Origin: Camelus dromedarius
Taxonomy: Eukaryota
Reading direction: 5' to 3'
Assembly: GCF_036321535.1 (NCBI RefSeq)
Contig: NC_087437.1
Location: 1,860,001 to 1,924,000, forward strand
DNA length: 64,000 bases
Below, piece after piece: positions 42,001 to 55,009 of the stretch. The first letter of the stretch is position 1. Every line of letters begins with the position of its first letter. The position numbers were made by a program, and so were the translations under genes. The notes under the pieces were generated by a model that did no database searches, was not told where the DNA came from, and worked only from the letters and a program-made list of their open reading frames with translations.

Positions 42001-45000
42001 AAACAACTATACACTTACACAAGATCTGTTAACTATGCAAATTTGAAGGCTGCTTCCATTTCCCAGCTTAAGAGAAACATAGGAAAATTTTCATAGGATT
42101 ATGAAAATGACTTCTAAATACCAGTATGTTTTTGTTTTTTAATTTTCACTTTATCAAGTCAAATATCCGCCTGACATTTAAAAAGCTTTAAGTCTCTGGG
42201 CTACAATGGACCACAAGAGGGAGGCACATTTTCCAGTTTCTGTCTCTGGTCTGACCAACACCATCAGAGCCAATCTTAAAGACACTGCCACTGAGGAAGT
42301 TTCGTGGCCTCCCCTCGCACACCACGTCTGTCTTCCTACCCTCACTGTTAGTGGACATGCAGACTGGATACTTAATCACATATTTAGACTTCTGTGAAAT
42401 TAGCTTCTGTTTTTTCTCTTTCAAGTGAAGCAGCTCTACTTCTAAGCCCTCCCAGACATCTCGGGCTCCAGCCTCTTATCCCCACCCTGGTTCCCTCCAA
42501 CACTCTCCAGGTTCTGCCAGGCTCCTCCAGAAGGGCTCTGAAGGGACCAGGTTTGGAGGAACAAGGGCAAACGGTGTCATGCAGACTACAAATGCCTTGA
42601 CAAATCCAAGGTGGACAAATCCAAGGAAGGCAGGTTCCCTTGCTGCAAGCCCACCAGGGACACCTCAATGGAGGGGGCAGGTCCCGATCTGGGCTTCAAA
42701 GGGGAGGTCAGGATGGGGCAGAGGAGACACTGGCTTTGCATGAGAAGTGTTCCAGCTTTGCCACACAGCAACCCTAGCACAGAACTAATGTAGGGTGGAG
42801 CGGGAGTGTCACAGGGAGGAGTGAAACAATTAGAAGACTTTTCACTGGAGAGATGGGTCTGTCCTAAAGATAAAGCTGGAAGGAAAAGATGACCAAAAAC
42901 CCAGTGAAGCCTGAATGCTAAGCTGAGGGCCCTGAAAATTGTCAGAAAGGCAATTGAGAGGCCACTCTTGGATTTTAAAGTGGAGAGTGACATTGAAGAC
43001 GTGTGAGCTAACAGCCGTGTGTCTGAAGACGCTGATGGTGCACAGGGGTCAGTGAACACAGCAACCTGGGTTTGAGGCAAAGGGGCCTGCCACTGAGGTT
43101 TATTGATAAGCATGTTGCCCAAGACTGAGTCAAAAGTCTCACTGTCAAGCCAGATGAAGTCTGTCCACTGCCTTTAACCTAGCAGGCCAACCTAGGTCTC
43201 CAGGAAAAGAGGAAGTTCACCTGACTGGGTCTTGTTTGTAAAACCAGGTGAGTTGCAATCCACAGTATTCTATCTCGACTCTTAGAATATGTATGCATGA
43301 GGATCTGATGATCATTTCCTTCCTCTCGCTGCCAGGACCCAACAGAACTCCCTAAAAATATCAGAATAATGGAATGTTAGGACTCAACACAACATTAGGA
43401 AGTGGATATTTCCTGTTACACACCAGCATGTCATTTTGCTCTGAGGGTCACCACGTGCCCAGAACTGTGCTGGATTACAGTGGAAGCACTGCCCTACCAA
43501 AAATACCAGCTTAAAAACAAAAACCTCAACTACTTTATTTCACAGATGGACAAACTGGATGTAGAGACATTACATGACACATCCACCATTGTACAGATAT
43601 GATGGAGACAGGTAAAATATGCAGGCAGATGGACATATACAAGGAGATTTCATTTTTATACATATAAAAGGGAAAGGCTGTATATTTATAACTTCCCTAT
43701 ATATTTGTGTGCATATGTATATATGTGTATATATGCGTGTGCATATAAATATATATGTGCATATATGCAAAAGGCTCTCTGGCAGCTGAGACTATCAAAG
43801 AGTTAATAAGTATGCAACCTAATTTGGCATCCAGACAATGCAGATAAGGAAGCTTCCCTTTGATTCACTTACTTACAGAAAAAAAAATTAATGATCTTTA
43901 TCACTGGGCTCCCTGAGCAGACACAGCCTGGGAGCTGAAAGGAGCAGACTTTTAAGGAGCACTCTCATTTATTAACACACCATGCTGTCCCCCAAGTACA
44001 AGGAACTACATACAAAGCATTCCACTCTCAAAATACACTTCCCCATCCCAGGATGTTTTCACTTAAAACAGGCAAGAATTGGTTGCATTCAGCACCAAGG
44101 GACAGCCTTGCTGAGCTGGGCCTTGTGTTTTTTTTCCAAGGTATAGCCTCCAAGCCTCTCCACTCACAGGATTCCTGTGGATTTGGCTTTATCTGGGGGC
44201 AAGTGACCAGGCCTTGACAATCTAACTCCCTTCCCCAGAATAATGAGAAGATTTGAAAAGCCACTTAGAAATAACTTGATCAACCAATTTTCCTCACCAG
44301 TGGGCCTTAGTGAAATTGCCTTAACTTCCCCCCGGGTCGGGGGGTGGTGTGTGGCTTATGGGGCTTCGGTGGCATCTGCATGGCAGGATGCTCTCGCAGA
44401 GGGCCTGCAGCTGACAGCTTAGGCACTGGCCCTGGAGGTCTTAGCAAAATGGTTAGTTATGTTTTAGCTACAAGTCAGACCGAACCTAGAGGTGAGAAGA
44501 CAATCAACAAAGCCACAAAGCTGAGACTCCTGAAATGGGAAACAGCTGTCTCCGAAGGAAACTTTGGCTGCCCCTCTGTACCACGGGTGGCTGAGGATTA
44601 GGACAAGCAAGACAGAGACCCACACAGATGGAAATACAGACTAAGTGCTGATCAGGCTACCTGGGAGGAGTGCAAAGGTGGACTGAGAAAGAGTAAAGGA
44701 AGAAACAAGGAAGAAGGCAATTCTGGAGGAAAAAATGCTATCAAATTTAGTTACAAAGGAACCTCTCTTGCCGTGCAAAAGAATGATCTGGAATTTGGTG
44801 ACAGTGATCTCTTAAAGATAGTAATTCTAGCCATACTCTAAAGAAATTCGATCAGGTATGAAAAAGGGTCTTTGGCAGAATGAGGCCAGCTGGAGGAGCA
44901 TTCAGCTGAGATGCATGTGGTTTGGACAATTTGCAGCTGAAGTGAAAACTTAGGCTTTCAGGGTGTACTTAAGAGAGGTGTTGTTTTGTTTTATTTTTTT

Positions 45001-47046
45001 TAACCATCCCAAAATGAAGCTTAAAAGAGTAGAAAAACAATCACAAAAAAAAAAAAAAAAAAAAAGAGAGAGGAGGGTTTAGGGAGTAAATTGGGAGAAA
45101 GAATACGAGGGAAAACACAAGTGAGATACAAAATTTTCCCCAGGGAAGCCCTGGTTTTCACTTTTAGTATTTAATAAATCTTTCTATATCAAAAGAGCTC
45201 TGAGTACAAAATGTTTACAGAACCAGGAACAGCTCAAGAGATGCAGAAAGTCATCTCCAGTGTAGTCCTAGTCTTTGAAGACAGGTTACTTCATGGGCAC
45301 ACAGGATAAGGCCCCAGTTTAACCTCCAATCCCAGAGGCAAACTAGAAGCCTGAGCTGGTGACACCCTCAAAAAGTGGCAAACGTTTCAGAATTAGATGT
45401 GTTCATACACAGCCTTGACTGTTGCCTGTGATCTCCCAGGATGAGGGGGAACAGAATGCATCTGTCCTTTTATGACAGAGGGTCACAGAAACAAGGAGCC
45501 AGGGGTGAGGAAGGAATGGAGGAAAATTATATGTTTGAAGGCAGAAGATGGAGAGACAGCAAAGATGAACATTAAAGAAAGAGGGGAGAAGAATACAGAT
45601 CTAGAATTTCTAAATTACCCTTGGCTCAAAGGTCTGGTTTACCGCTGAAGCAGTATAATTATACAGCTGGCTTAAAACAGACCTAATATCGAGTTACTAA
45701 TTTCTTACTAGCAATAGCATCAAAACCCTTTCTGCTGGTAGCTGGTCTCTTGACAAAAACCGTGCCTCTCATACACGATGTGACCTATAGGGAGAACTGG
45801 TTTTAATCACGTGGATCTATAAAATGGTATGCAATTGTGGTCTCCCTTCTCAGATGTCAATCCGAGCAGAGAAGAAAGTGAGGGTTGCAACTGTCAAAGT
45901 AACTTGGGGTTGGGGGGTACATTTGACATAAATTCTCCCTTGTCTTGCAGATGCAGTATACAGGCTAAGTTTGTAGGAAAATTTGGTGGGAACCGTCTGG
46001 TGGATTTGAGAAAAATGACCAGAAACATTCCTGTTGTGCTTATGTTTTTGGACCAGATTCTGCTTGGCCTCAAAAAGGAAATTCTGGCCTGGTTACAGCC
46101 TTAAATGGGTGCTCAAATCCCCTGAACATTTATTGCAGAAATACTTTCATTCTTACCCCATTTTAGTTAGTAAGAACAGCAGGCATCATAGGCACATAGG
46201 GCTTGACTCCCGTTTACCTTGGCAATTATATAGCCAGTGTTCAAAAGAAGACTTGTTTACTTCTAAGGTACAAAATTCCCATTTGTAAGAAATCTTTCTA
46301 GAATTATACATGGTAGGCATTTTTCTCCCTTTAACTATTGCTTGTGTTTCCTAGGAAAATGTCAAATTACAAACGTAGATTAAAAAAAAAGGTAGCCTTT
46401 CAGAATCAGGATCCCAAGTTCTTTCCCAATATAACTAACTCATCAGTCAATTATTCCTCAGGGTTAACAATAACTCCTTTTTAAATGCAAATCTCTGGTA
46501 GGAGGATTAAGTCATTGAGCCCCAGGAACTGGATGGAAGGGGGCTGGGGACAGTATGGGGGAGCCGGTGGAAAAGTGGTCTGTAGACAGCACAAGGGATT
46601 TGGGGAGACCAGGAGAAGAGGCATGCAGGAAAGACAGACTTTCATTCCACTTTTCCTAGGCCTCAAGTGATGCTGAGTTTTCTGCCAGAAATTGCAAATC
46701 AGCTTGTCTCACCTTTTTATTAGTGAGACAACTGTAGTAGTATTTCTGATTCCTGGAACAGAGATCAGAAAACAAACAAAAAACCTCAGTGAGTGGTGGA
46801 GGCATTCCCATGAAATACTATATAAATCAATATTATCCATTTGCTTTTTTTCAACAGATATACACCCACCATGTACCAGGAAATATCCTAGTTGTCAATG
46901 AGAAAAAATGATTTTTACACCATGCCAATCATACTATAATGTACACTAGTATAAGCAAAGTGTACAAAAGAGATCATGGAGAGATCATAATTCATAATTA
47001 TGAGTTGAGCTGGGCCATCAAGGTTTTGCTGAACTGATAAGCTGAT

Positions 47047-47460
47047 TGTGGCAGAAAGTGTTGGCAGATCTGAAAATCCACGATCTGCTAGACTACATGT
47101 CCCAGCCTCCCTTGCACTTAAGGGTGGCCATGTGACTGAGTTCAAGCCAACTGAATGGGAGTGGAGGGCATGTGTACCATTTTCAATCCTGGCCATAAGC
47201 ATCTCTTTCATGGACTCCCCAGTGTTCTTTTCTTCTTTTGTCAGGTAGGATGGAGATGATCCCCAGGGCTGTCTTGGAAGCTGTGTATCAAGGATGGCAG
47301 AGCCTCAGCCCTTCTAGGTTCTGAAGGACTGACAGATGGAAGGCTGCTTCCCCAACATGTTCAAACCTACAGTGCTGTAGCAAAAGTAAACTTCTGTTAC
47401 ATCTGATCCAACACGTGTTTGCCTGTCTGTCGTGGCAGTTGGGCTCGCTCACCACTGAAG
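47047..47460 (+). mobile_element. MLT1J-like MaLR LTR
   Basis: 'tgtggcag...agactacatgtcccagcctcccttgcacttaagggtggccatgtgactgagttc'. Confidence 0.72.
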
Positions 47461-47603
47461 GGCTGACAATCCAGCACGTGAGAAGCTGCACAGGGGCTAA
47501 GGGATCGGCATGTGCCAGGAAGCTCAGGAGAGGCAGTACATAAGGTTGGAAAGGTAGCAGAGCACAATGACACACATGCTCAGTGCTGGCTTCTTCCCAC
47601 AGG

Positions 47604-47838
47604 CCCGTGGTTCTCAACCAGGGGTGATCTGGCACAGCACTCCCATCTCCCAGGGAACATTTGTCAATGTCTGGAGCCATTTTTGGTTGTTACACCAAAG
47701 CGGGCAAGGAGTACCACTGACATCTGTAGGTAGAGGCCAAGGATGCTGCTAAACACCCTACAGGGCACAGGACATCCCCCTACATTAAAGAATTATCTGG
47801 GCCAAATGTAAACAGTACTGTGATTGAGAAATCCAGCT
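47604..47838. mobile_element. MER20 hAT-Charlie MITE
   Basis: 'gtggttctcaaccaggggtgat...catttgtcaatgtctggagccatttttggttg...gtagaggccaaggatgctgctaaacaccctaca...ttgagaaatcc'. Confidence 0.9.
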
Positions 47839-48439
47839 ACAGTAAATGGGGCACAAGCAACAATTCTTAAGAGGAGAGAATGGCAATCATGTTTGTGTTT
47901 TGAAGAGAGAATTCTGATAACAATCTAGAAGATGAGAAAAACCAGAGATGAGAAAAGCAATTTCATCCTTTGTTTGTCAAGTACTTACTATGTGTCAGGC
48001 ACCAGGGATACAAAGATGAGTAATAGCCCAGCCAGTCCAATCATGATGACTCTTATGTGATCTGGGGAAACTTGACCCCTGGCCTCAGGGCTCTGTCTCT
48101 GGATGCATTAGAATCCGTGGCCTTTGGTTACCAGTTCAGAGCCGACAAAAGTAAAGTAAGAAAGGATGCTGGACTAGATCAGTCACTGAAGAAATGGAGA
48201 AGAGGAATCTATCTGAGAAACATTTCAGAAGTTAAATAGACCATAACTGGGTGTCCAAGTGGATGGAGAAGTTGAGAGACGTGAAGGCCAACTCTGAGCA
48301 GGTGATGATGCTAATAAGCAGGACATGGGGAGAAGAACTGCCTTAGAGGGCTGTGATTTGCATTCTTTTGTTTGAGGCCTGTGAAAATCGGACATACCTA
48401 AAGGACTGATACAAGCAATTGACATAAGAAATGCTGATG

Positions 48440-49050
48440 TCCAATAAACAGTTTCAAAGATGTTTCACTTCACTAATAATCACAGAAATGGGTATTAAAT
48501 CAAAATGCTCTTTTGTATCTTTCAGATTGGCAAAAAAACTTTAATTATTAATATCCACTGTTAGCCCTGATATGATTAAACAGGAATTCTTACTCTCTTA
48601 GGGTGGATGGGTAAATTTATAAAATCATACTAAATGGAAAATTAATTACTAATGCTTGGAAAAATACAATATAATATATAATATTTACATATATGTATAT
48701 ATATTATGGGTATATATAATATTGTGTGTGTGTGTGTGTGTATGCTCTCTAATCCAGCAATTTCACTTCTAGGAATAAATTCTAAGGAAATAATCAAATA
48801 AGTATAAAAAATGTATATACGCCCCAAACATTTAACATAGTATTGTTTATACTACATTGGAAACAAAGGTACATAAATAGGGGACTGGTTAAATAAATTC
48901 CAATACTTTTTGAATTAATGAAAAACTATACAGCTACTAAGAATAACATTTACTGAAAGGAAAGATAGCCATACTATAAATAATATTAACAAGTTAACAA
49001 TATTAAAGTGACTAAAAATCAGGCTGTTAAACAACTTGTAGAGCAGGATC
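48440..49050 (+). mobile_element. Ancient LINE-1 3' region (L1ME-like) with TA/TG microsatellite
   Basis: 'aatccagcaatttcacttctaggaataaattctaaggaaataatc' and 'aaataggggactggttaaataaatt'. Confidence 0.75.
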
Positions 49051-49443
49051 CCTTTTATGTTAAAATATAGATAGGAAGGTAGATAGACAGACAGGTAAGT
49101 ATGTAGATAGATGATAGATTACCTAATAAAGTAAAATCCACACTGGTAGATAAAAAGACAATAATGGTTGTCTGTGGGGGATGAGGTTGTATGCAGTCTT
49201 TCACTGCTTGGTAAATGCAAGTAAGGTTTTAACATTTTATAATATAATATGTATAACATAATATAACATTAAGTTATACATTTTATGGTCTGATGGTTTT
49301 ACAAACATTTTTTCTTCGATACAACAGAAACAGTACAAGCCCTTTAAATTGTGCATAAGATCTCCTAGCCCCTCCAAAAAAAGATAATGGCCTATTTAAT
49401 TCTCTGTGTTTAAATCATTCAGTATAAAGTAAGGTTCAAAGGA

Positions 49444-49573
49444 AAGGTGGCCACACGTGCTGGGTGTCCCATGCTGGTCCTGGGTTGCACACACTGTCCT
49501 GCCATAGTTATTAAAACTGTCCACTTCCACTCTCAAAGTTTCCTGGTTAGGGGATAAACTATAAGATCACGCC
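49444..49573. mobile_element. MER94-like hAT-Blackjack MITE
   Basis: 'aggtggcca...gttattaaaactgtccacttccactctcaaagtttcctggtt...gataaactataagatcac'. Confidence 0.7.
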
Positions 49574-51504
49574 ACTCAAAGATGAAATCTACAAATGTAA
49601 CACTGCTAAATTTTATCCTAATACACAGTTTGGCCAGTCTCCCAGAAGTTCTATTTGCATCCCCCAGGCCCCTCAGCCTTTGCTGTCTAATCATTTCATG
49701 TATTATTTATAGACAGAGACCAACCTAAAATATCCTGCCCTTCGATTCCCTCTAGCCAACAGCTGAAGGAATTTACCTTTGCCTTCACTGAAGACTAAAT
49801 TGTATCATTAAGGCTTCCATCTAAACCTTGTTATTTTGACTTTTTGACTTGCTTTGCGCTCTCTGACATATAAAGTAGCAACAATTTCTACAATGAACAA
49901 GTGTATTTGTCCACCAGAAATTCTTTCTGTCCCTCAGCTTCCTAATGGTTATGTATATGATAATCTGAAAAATTGCCTGGCACGGTTTAATGAGAGCATT
50001 TAAACAAACTTTCCCTACAAAGCTTATCAGGTAGTTACTTAACCTGTATGAATAGGTTAAATATTTTCCATAGTATTTATACAAAAATGATACCTGGTAT
50101 CATGTGCAACCTAATAAAAAGGAAGTTTTTCTTTCCTTAAATTACTCCCGTTTCTTTCATTTTTATCTTTCCCTTCTTTACAACCACTTGACTAACAGAA
50201 ATGCACAGGGCAGATGTGGAAATGTCGCTTTATAAATACAAGATGCAGCCAGTATACTGTTGTTGTCCTTGTTTTAGGGAAAGAAGAGATAACTATTCCT
50301 CCAGGATGTATGCTTTGGCCATGAAACTGAGGTCTAAAATCAAGTCAAAGGACTATTTCAAGTTAAAAACAACAACAACCTGGAAATGAAACAATCTATA
50401 TGTGCTGCATCCAGAGTGGTGATGCAGAGGCTAGTATGATACACAGAAAGTATCCCATCACGTTCTGGGTGCTTAACAAAGTGCTCCTTGTTTCTGTTAT
50501 TTCCCAAAGGCTCCAAGCACACATACGCTACAAATTCTCTGCCAATGGAGAAACGCTCTGCTAACGGCTTCATTCATTCCCACAAGTTATATTTATTAAT
50601 TTTTCAACCAAAGTGGCATATTGAACATGTATTCCTGGAAATTCCTGAAATCCATTCATTAGGCTTTCAGCTAGCTTCTCATGCACCTCCACATGCAGGG
50701 AGCCAACCCTAGCAAACCCAAGTCCCAGATGCTCCATGGTCAAATGCCTTCATATCCAGTGCCGGGCAAGGAAAAGGCCTTTAGGCCAAGACTGCATGAT
50801 GGTGAGTGATCAGCTAGCCCTGCATGTTGCCTTTAACTCATAGTAAACCCAACCCCCTAACTATGACACCACCCAAAATATTGCCTTCTGTTGCAGGTCC
50901 TATGCCTTCTGCCTTCTGCCTTCTGTTTGTTTCCCTAAACTCAGAATAGAAGCAGATTAGACCAGCAGATGGCTGACACGCTCTTGTGATCTGGGACAGC
51001 CCTTGTAAGTAGGCAGGTGGGAGAGAACAGCTTCAGACCAGCAGGTCACCCACTGGCAACCTCACTTTGATCATTCCGTGCAGCCCAAGAGACAGCATGT
51101 CATTCAGAGGGTAGACAGCGAAGACCCTGACAGCTACAGCTCAAGGACCATCGTGCCCCCAGCACAGTTTACGTTTCTCAGTAAACAGGGAAAGAAAGCC
51201 CCCTGGAAATGCATCTGAAATTGGGCAGTTTCTAACAGAACTAGAACTAAAATGTAAACCTTTTTTAAATTACATTTTCCCATTGTAAAAAGTTCTAATT
51301 CGGAAAGACTATGGTTCTAGTGCTTCAATTTACCTATAAAACCAGAAACACTGCTAAATACAGCTAATGACAAGTGACCTCACAAAGCTGTCACAGCTGA
51401 TGTCTGGAACAGCAATAGGATATAGGGGATAGTCCCCCAAAAAAGTTTAGAGATAAATGAATTATTCCATGAACAAAAAGAGGGACCAATCTAAACATCA
51501 GTGT

Positions 51505-51870
51505 ATGAGACAAATACTACATGGTATCACTTACGTATGCAATCTAAAAAATACAACAAACTAGTGAATATAACAAAAACGCAGAGTCACAGATGCAAAG
51601 AACAAACTAGTGGTTACCGATGGGGAGAGGAAAGGCGGAAGGACAATACAGGGGTAGGGGACTAAGAGGTACAAACTATTAGATATAAAATAAGCTACAA
51701 GGACATATGGTACACCATGGGAATAGAGGCCAATATTTTAAAATAACTATAAATGGCGTATAACCTTTAAAAACTGTTAATAACTATAGTGTACACCTAT
51801 AACTTATATAATACTGTACAGCAACTATGCTTCAATAAAAAAATAATAATTTAAAAAACCAAAATATAAA
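51505..51870 (+). mobile_element. LINE-1 3' UTR fragment with A-rich tail
   Basis: 'gacaaatactacatggtatcacttac...aacaaactagtggttacc...gtacagcaactatgcttcaataaaaaaa'. Confidence 0.88.
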
Positions 51871-51894
51871 CATGCTCTATGAATGCCTCCATGA

Positions 51895-52060
51895 GAAAAA
51901 CACTAGGTTGGGAGTTAGGAGGCCTAGGTTTCAAGTCCTGCTCTGGGGGTCATCCAACATATGACCTCAAACAACTTAATCCCTCTGGGTTTCTATTTCC
52001 ACATCTATGAAACAGACATTAGATTTGATGATCTCTGAAATCCCCTTTCTGCTTGAAATG
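51895..52060 (+). mobile_element. MIR/MIR3 SINE
   Basis: 'gggagttaggaggcctaggtttcaagtcctgctctg...cttaatccctctgggtttctatttccacatctatgaaa', the MIR core. Confidence 0.7.
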
Positions 52061-54360
52061 CATATTGTCCTGTAAGGGACTGGATTTTCAATTTAAACCC
52101 CTGCAGCCCTGCAGAGAGTTCTGAAGCTACAAAGCCCCTGGATACCTTTTCCCTGTCTTCTAAGCAGCCCACAGGCTGTGTCTCAGATTCCCACACTGGG
52201 TGCCCAGGGGCTCAGCTGTCCTGGGGAACGCCTGAAATTTAGGCAGGGGCTGCTCTGGGGCTGAGGGAGCAAAGGGTGCAAATACTAAGATGAAATGCTG
52301 TGATTTTCACTGAAAAGTACCATATCCAAGCAAAGCTAGTGTTCACACTTTCTCCTTAGCTTGGAGGTCTTTCCTGAAAAACAAAAATCACCAGCAAAAC
52401 CACAGTCCCTAATCAGCAGGCCCCAAACCCAATCTTTCAGCAGGATGAGAAAGGTTCAGGAGAAGCCAGAGCTGTACTTCCCGGCCCACAGCCCACCGTG
52501 ATCCAGCCCAGCGTCAGCTCCAGAGCTTGGGAGGGGAGAGGCAGGCCACTTGCAGCTTCCTCCTGCCCTACCCAGCTTCACATGGATGGAGAAAGAGAAC
52601 CCGCTTCTGGATTCTCAGCCTGCACAAACCACAGCTCCTCTGATTCTACCCCTTAAATCCAGTCTCCATCAGGAAGCGACCAAGAAAATGTGTTCTGTCC
52701 CGAAGCTGATTCTGGAACAGGGGAGATAGGTGACTTCCAAAGAATGCAGAACAGGGGATTGTCTTCAGCTACAACAGAGGGCACTTGTGCTAAATGTAAC
52801 AGCTCTGCTTCATGAGTTTAATAATAATAAAGAAAAGCCCAGAGATCAGAGCCACTGACTAAAGCAGCTGTGCAAAAGGAGAAGACATCCTCCGTGGAAA
52901 CATTGCTCAGTGATCTATCAGTGAGGGTACTTATGCTCAAAACTAAGTTACATAAACAAGGACCGGAGTCAATACAATGAGGCCTGCACCCCTACCAAGC
53001 ACCACTGAAGGGGAGCCGCTTGTAGCTCCAAAGTCAACGGCAAAGTTTTATCAAGTAAAATAGCAAAAAAGGGGAAAGCGAAAACGTAACCTGTTGTCAC
53101 AGATATTTGAAGTATTTGAAAACAAGTCCTACCAGAATGAGCAACTCACCATTCCAAACGTAATTCAAGAAATTGCAAGAAAGTATTTGAGAAGGAAACA
53201 CAAGTAAAAAGGGCAAGAGTTCTACCCTGGGAACAGCGAGAAAATCTGGAAACAACGTGTTCGTGTCCTGGGGGGAGAAAGCTAACCCTGAAGAGATGAA
53301 AGAGGCACGTACAGAGAAAGGAGGACTAGCAGATAAGGGGAGGCAAGATGGGGCCTGGAATAAAAGGGACCCACGTCAGTGAGGAGCTTCAGAAATCTAA
53401 GTGACAAAAAACATGCAAAGACCACGTACACAAATTGCTGGGAGGCAGCCCGGTTCCCACAAGGAGGGCCATTGTCATCGGCACCGAGCGAAAGGATAAG
53501 ACGTGATTCCACCCTGCCCGGGGTCCCTCTGCCCTAGTCCCATCTTTTACACCTGAAACAGGAAACTCTTCTTGGAAGTAAACAGAAGAAGCAGGGTGAA
53601 AAGTGTCAGGCTTGAGCTGCATGGCACTGAGGGCAATTAGAATAAAGTGGAGGCGGCACATACAGTGAGATATTCTGGGGAAATGCTTATTTTCAAGAGA
53701 AAAATAAGACTCTGTTCTCAAAGAAGAGGAGACTTAGGCATAGCCCAGTGTGAAGCCTGAGGAGGGGCAGGAGGGATGGGAGCTGCCCTCCTACGGCTGC
53801 CACCAGCTGGAGGGAGAACCTGGCATGTGGGGTCCACAGGAAAGGGATGGGCTCTGTCTCCCAGGGTGAAGCTGTGCCCCAGGGTGAAGCTGTGTCTGGA
53901 CACAGGAGGACTTAAGCTAAGGTATCCTTCCTCTGCTTGTCACTCACACCCTAGGTGGACAAGAAGATGTCTCCTGGATTTGGGAAGGAGGAAGAGAGAA
54001 AGGTAGCTCTATGACATGCCCGTTCACTCCTGCATGTGTGATCCAGCCCAGCTATGAAGAAGTCACTGGCATCACTGCCACCACCCTGGTCCTGGCCCTC
54101 ATTATTTCTCCCTGGACCATCATGATTAGAGTCTTCTTCTACACATCCCTTCTGACCTAACTCTCCCTACACCTCAGCCCCACCAAATCTCTGCCACACT
54201 GCTTGCCACCAGAGTACACTATCCAATGCACAAATCTGATAACGTCCTTTCCTGCTTAAATGTCTACAATGCCTCCCATTCTCTACAGCGGTCAGCAAGC
54301 TGACCTGTGGACCAAATCCAGCCTGCAAGTGACAAATGGGTTTAATGTGTTTAAAGAGCT

Positions 54361-54361
<1 letters not shown>

Positions 54362-54419
<58 letters not shown>
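54362..54419. repeat. (TAA)n microsatellite, ~19 units
   Basis: Directly visible perfect run. Confidence 0.97.
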
Positions 54420-54420
<1 letters not shown>

Positions 54421-54878
54421 CTGGAATACTACTCAGCCATAAAAAAGAAGGAAATAATGCCATCTGCAGCAACATAGATGGGCCCAGAGATTATCTATAC
54501 TAAGTGAAGTAAGTCAAAGAAAAATATATGCTATCACTTATATGTGGAATCTAAAATATGACAAGTGAACTTATTTATAAAACAGAAACAGGCTCACAGA
54601 CATAGAAAACAAACTTATGGTTACCAAAGGGGAAAGGGGGAAGGGAGAAATAAATTAGGAGTTCGGGATATGCAGATACAAACTACTATATATAAAATAG
54701 ATAAGCAGCAAGGTCCACTGCAGAGCAAGGGTACTATATTCAAAATCTTATAATAAACCATAATGGAAAAGAATATATATATCCGAATCACTATGCTGTA
54801 CAATAGAAATTAACACAACACTGTAAATCAACTCTACTTCAATTAAAGAAAGAACCATAAAAAAATAAAAATAAAAAA
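54421..54878 (+). mobile_element. 5'-truncated cetartiodactyl-type LINE-1 3' end
   Basis: Closely similar to 6155-6600 ('ggaatactactcagccataaaaaagaa...cacagacatagaaaacaaacttatggttaccaaagggg'), with an A-rich tail. Confidence 0.92.
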
Positions 54879-55009
54879 GGAATATTTGACAGAGATGTAT
54901 GTCCCTTGCCAGGTCTGAAATATTTACTATCTGGCCCTTTTCAGAAAGTTTGTCACCCCTCATAACTTTGGCAAAGAGCAAAGCAGCCAAGTATACAGCA
55001 GATCTTTCA

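Larger units (their letters stand above)
54286..54961. mobile_element. MER58-type MITE split by a (TAA)n tract and an L1 3' end
   Basis: Left part 'cagcggtcagcaagc...gtggaccaaatccagcctgc'. Right part 'tgaaatatttactatctggcccttttcagaaagtttgtcacccct'. Confidence 0.8.

Noticed and set aside
42586..43122. 178-aa ORF
   Set aside because: It overlaps decayed L2-like sequence, and I recognise no protein or splice context.
53860..53894. Two-copy 18-bp tandem repeat (a similar 15-bp doublet lies at 42599-42626)
   Set aside because: Simple slippage duplications with no spacers or array. Nothing CRISPR-like exists in this eukaryotic window.
54167..54475. Poly-leucine 'membrane protein' ORF
   Set aside because: This is the antisense reading of the (TAA)n tract plus L1 sequence.
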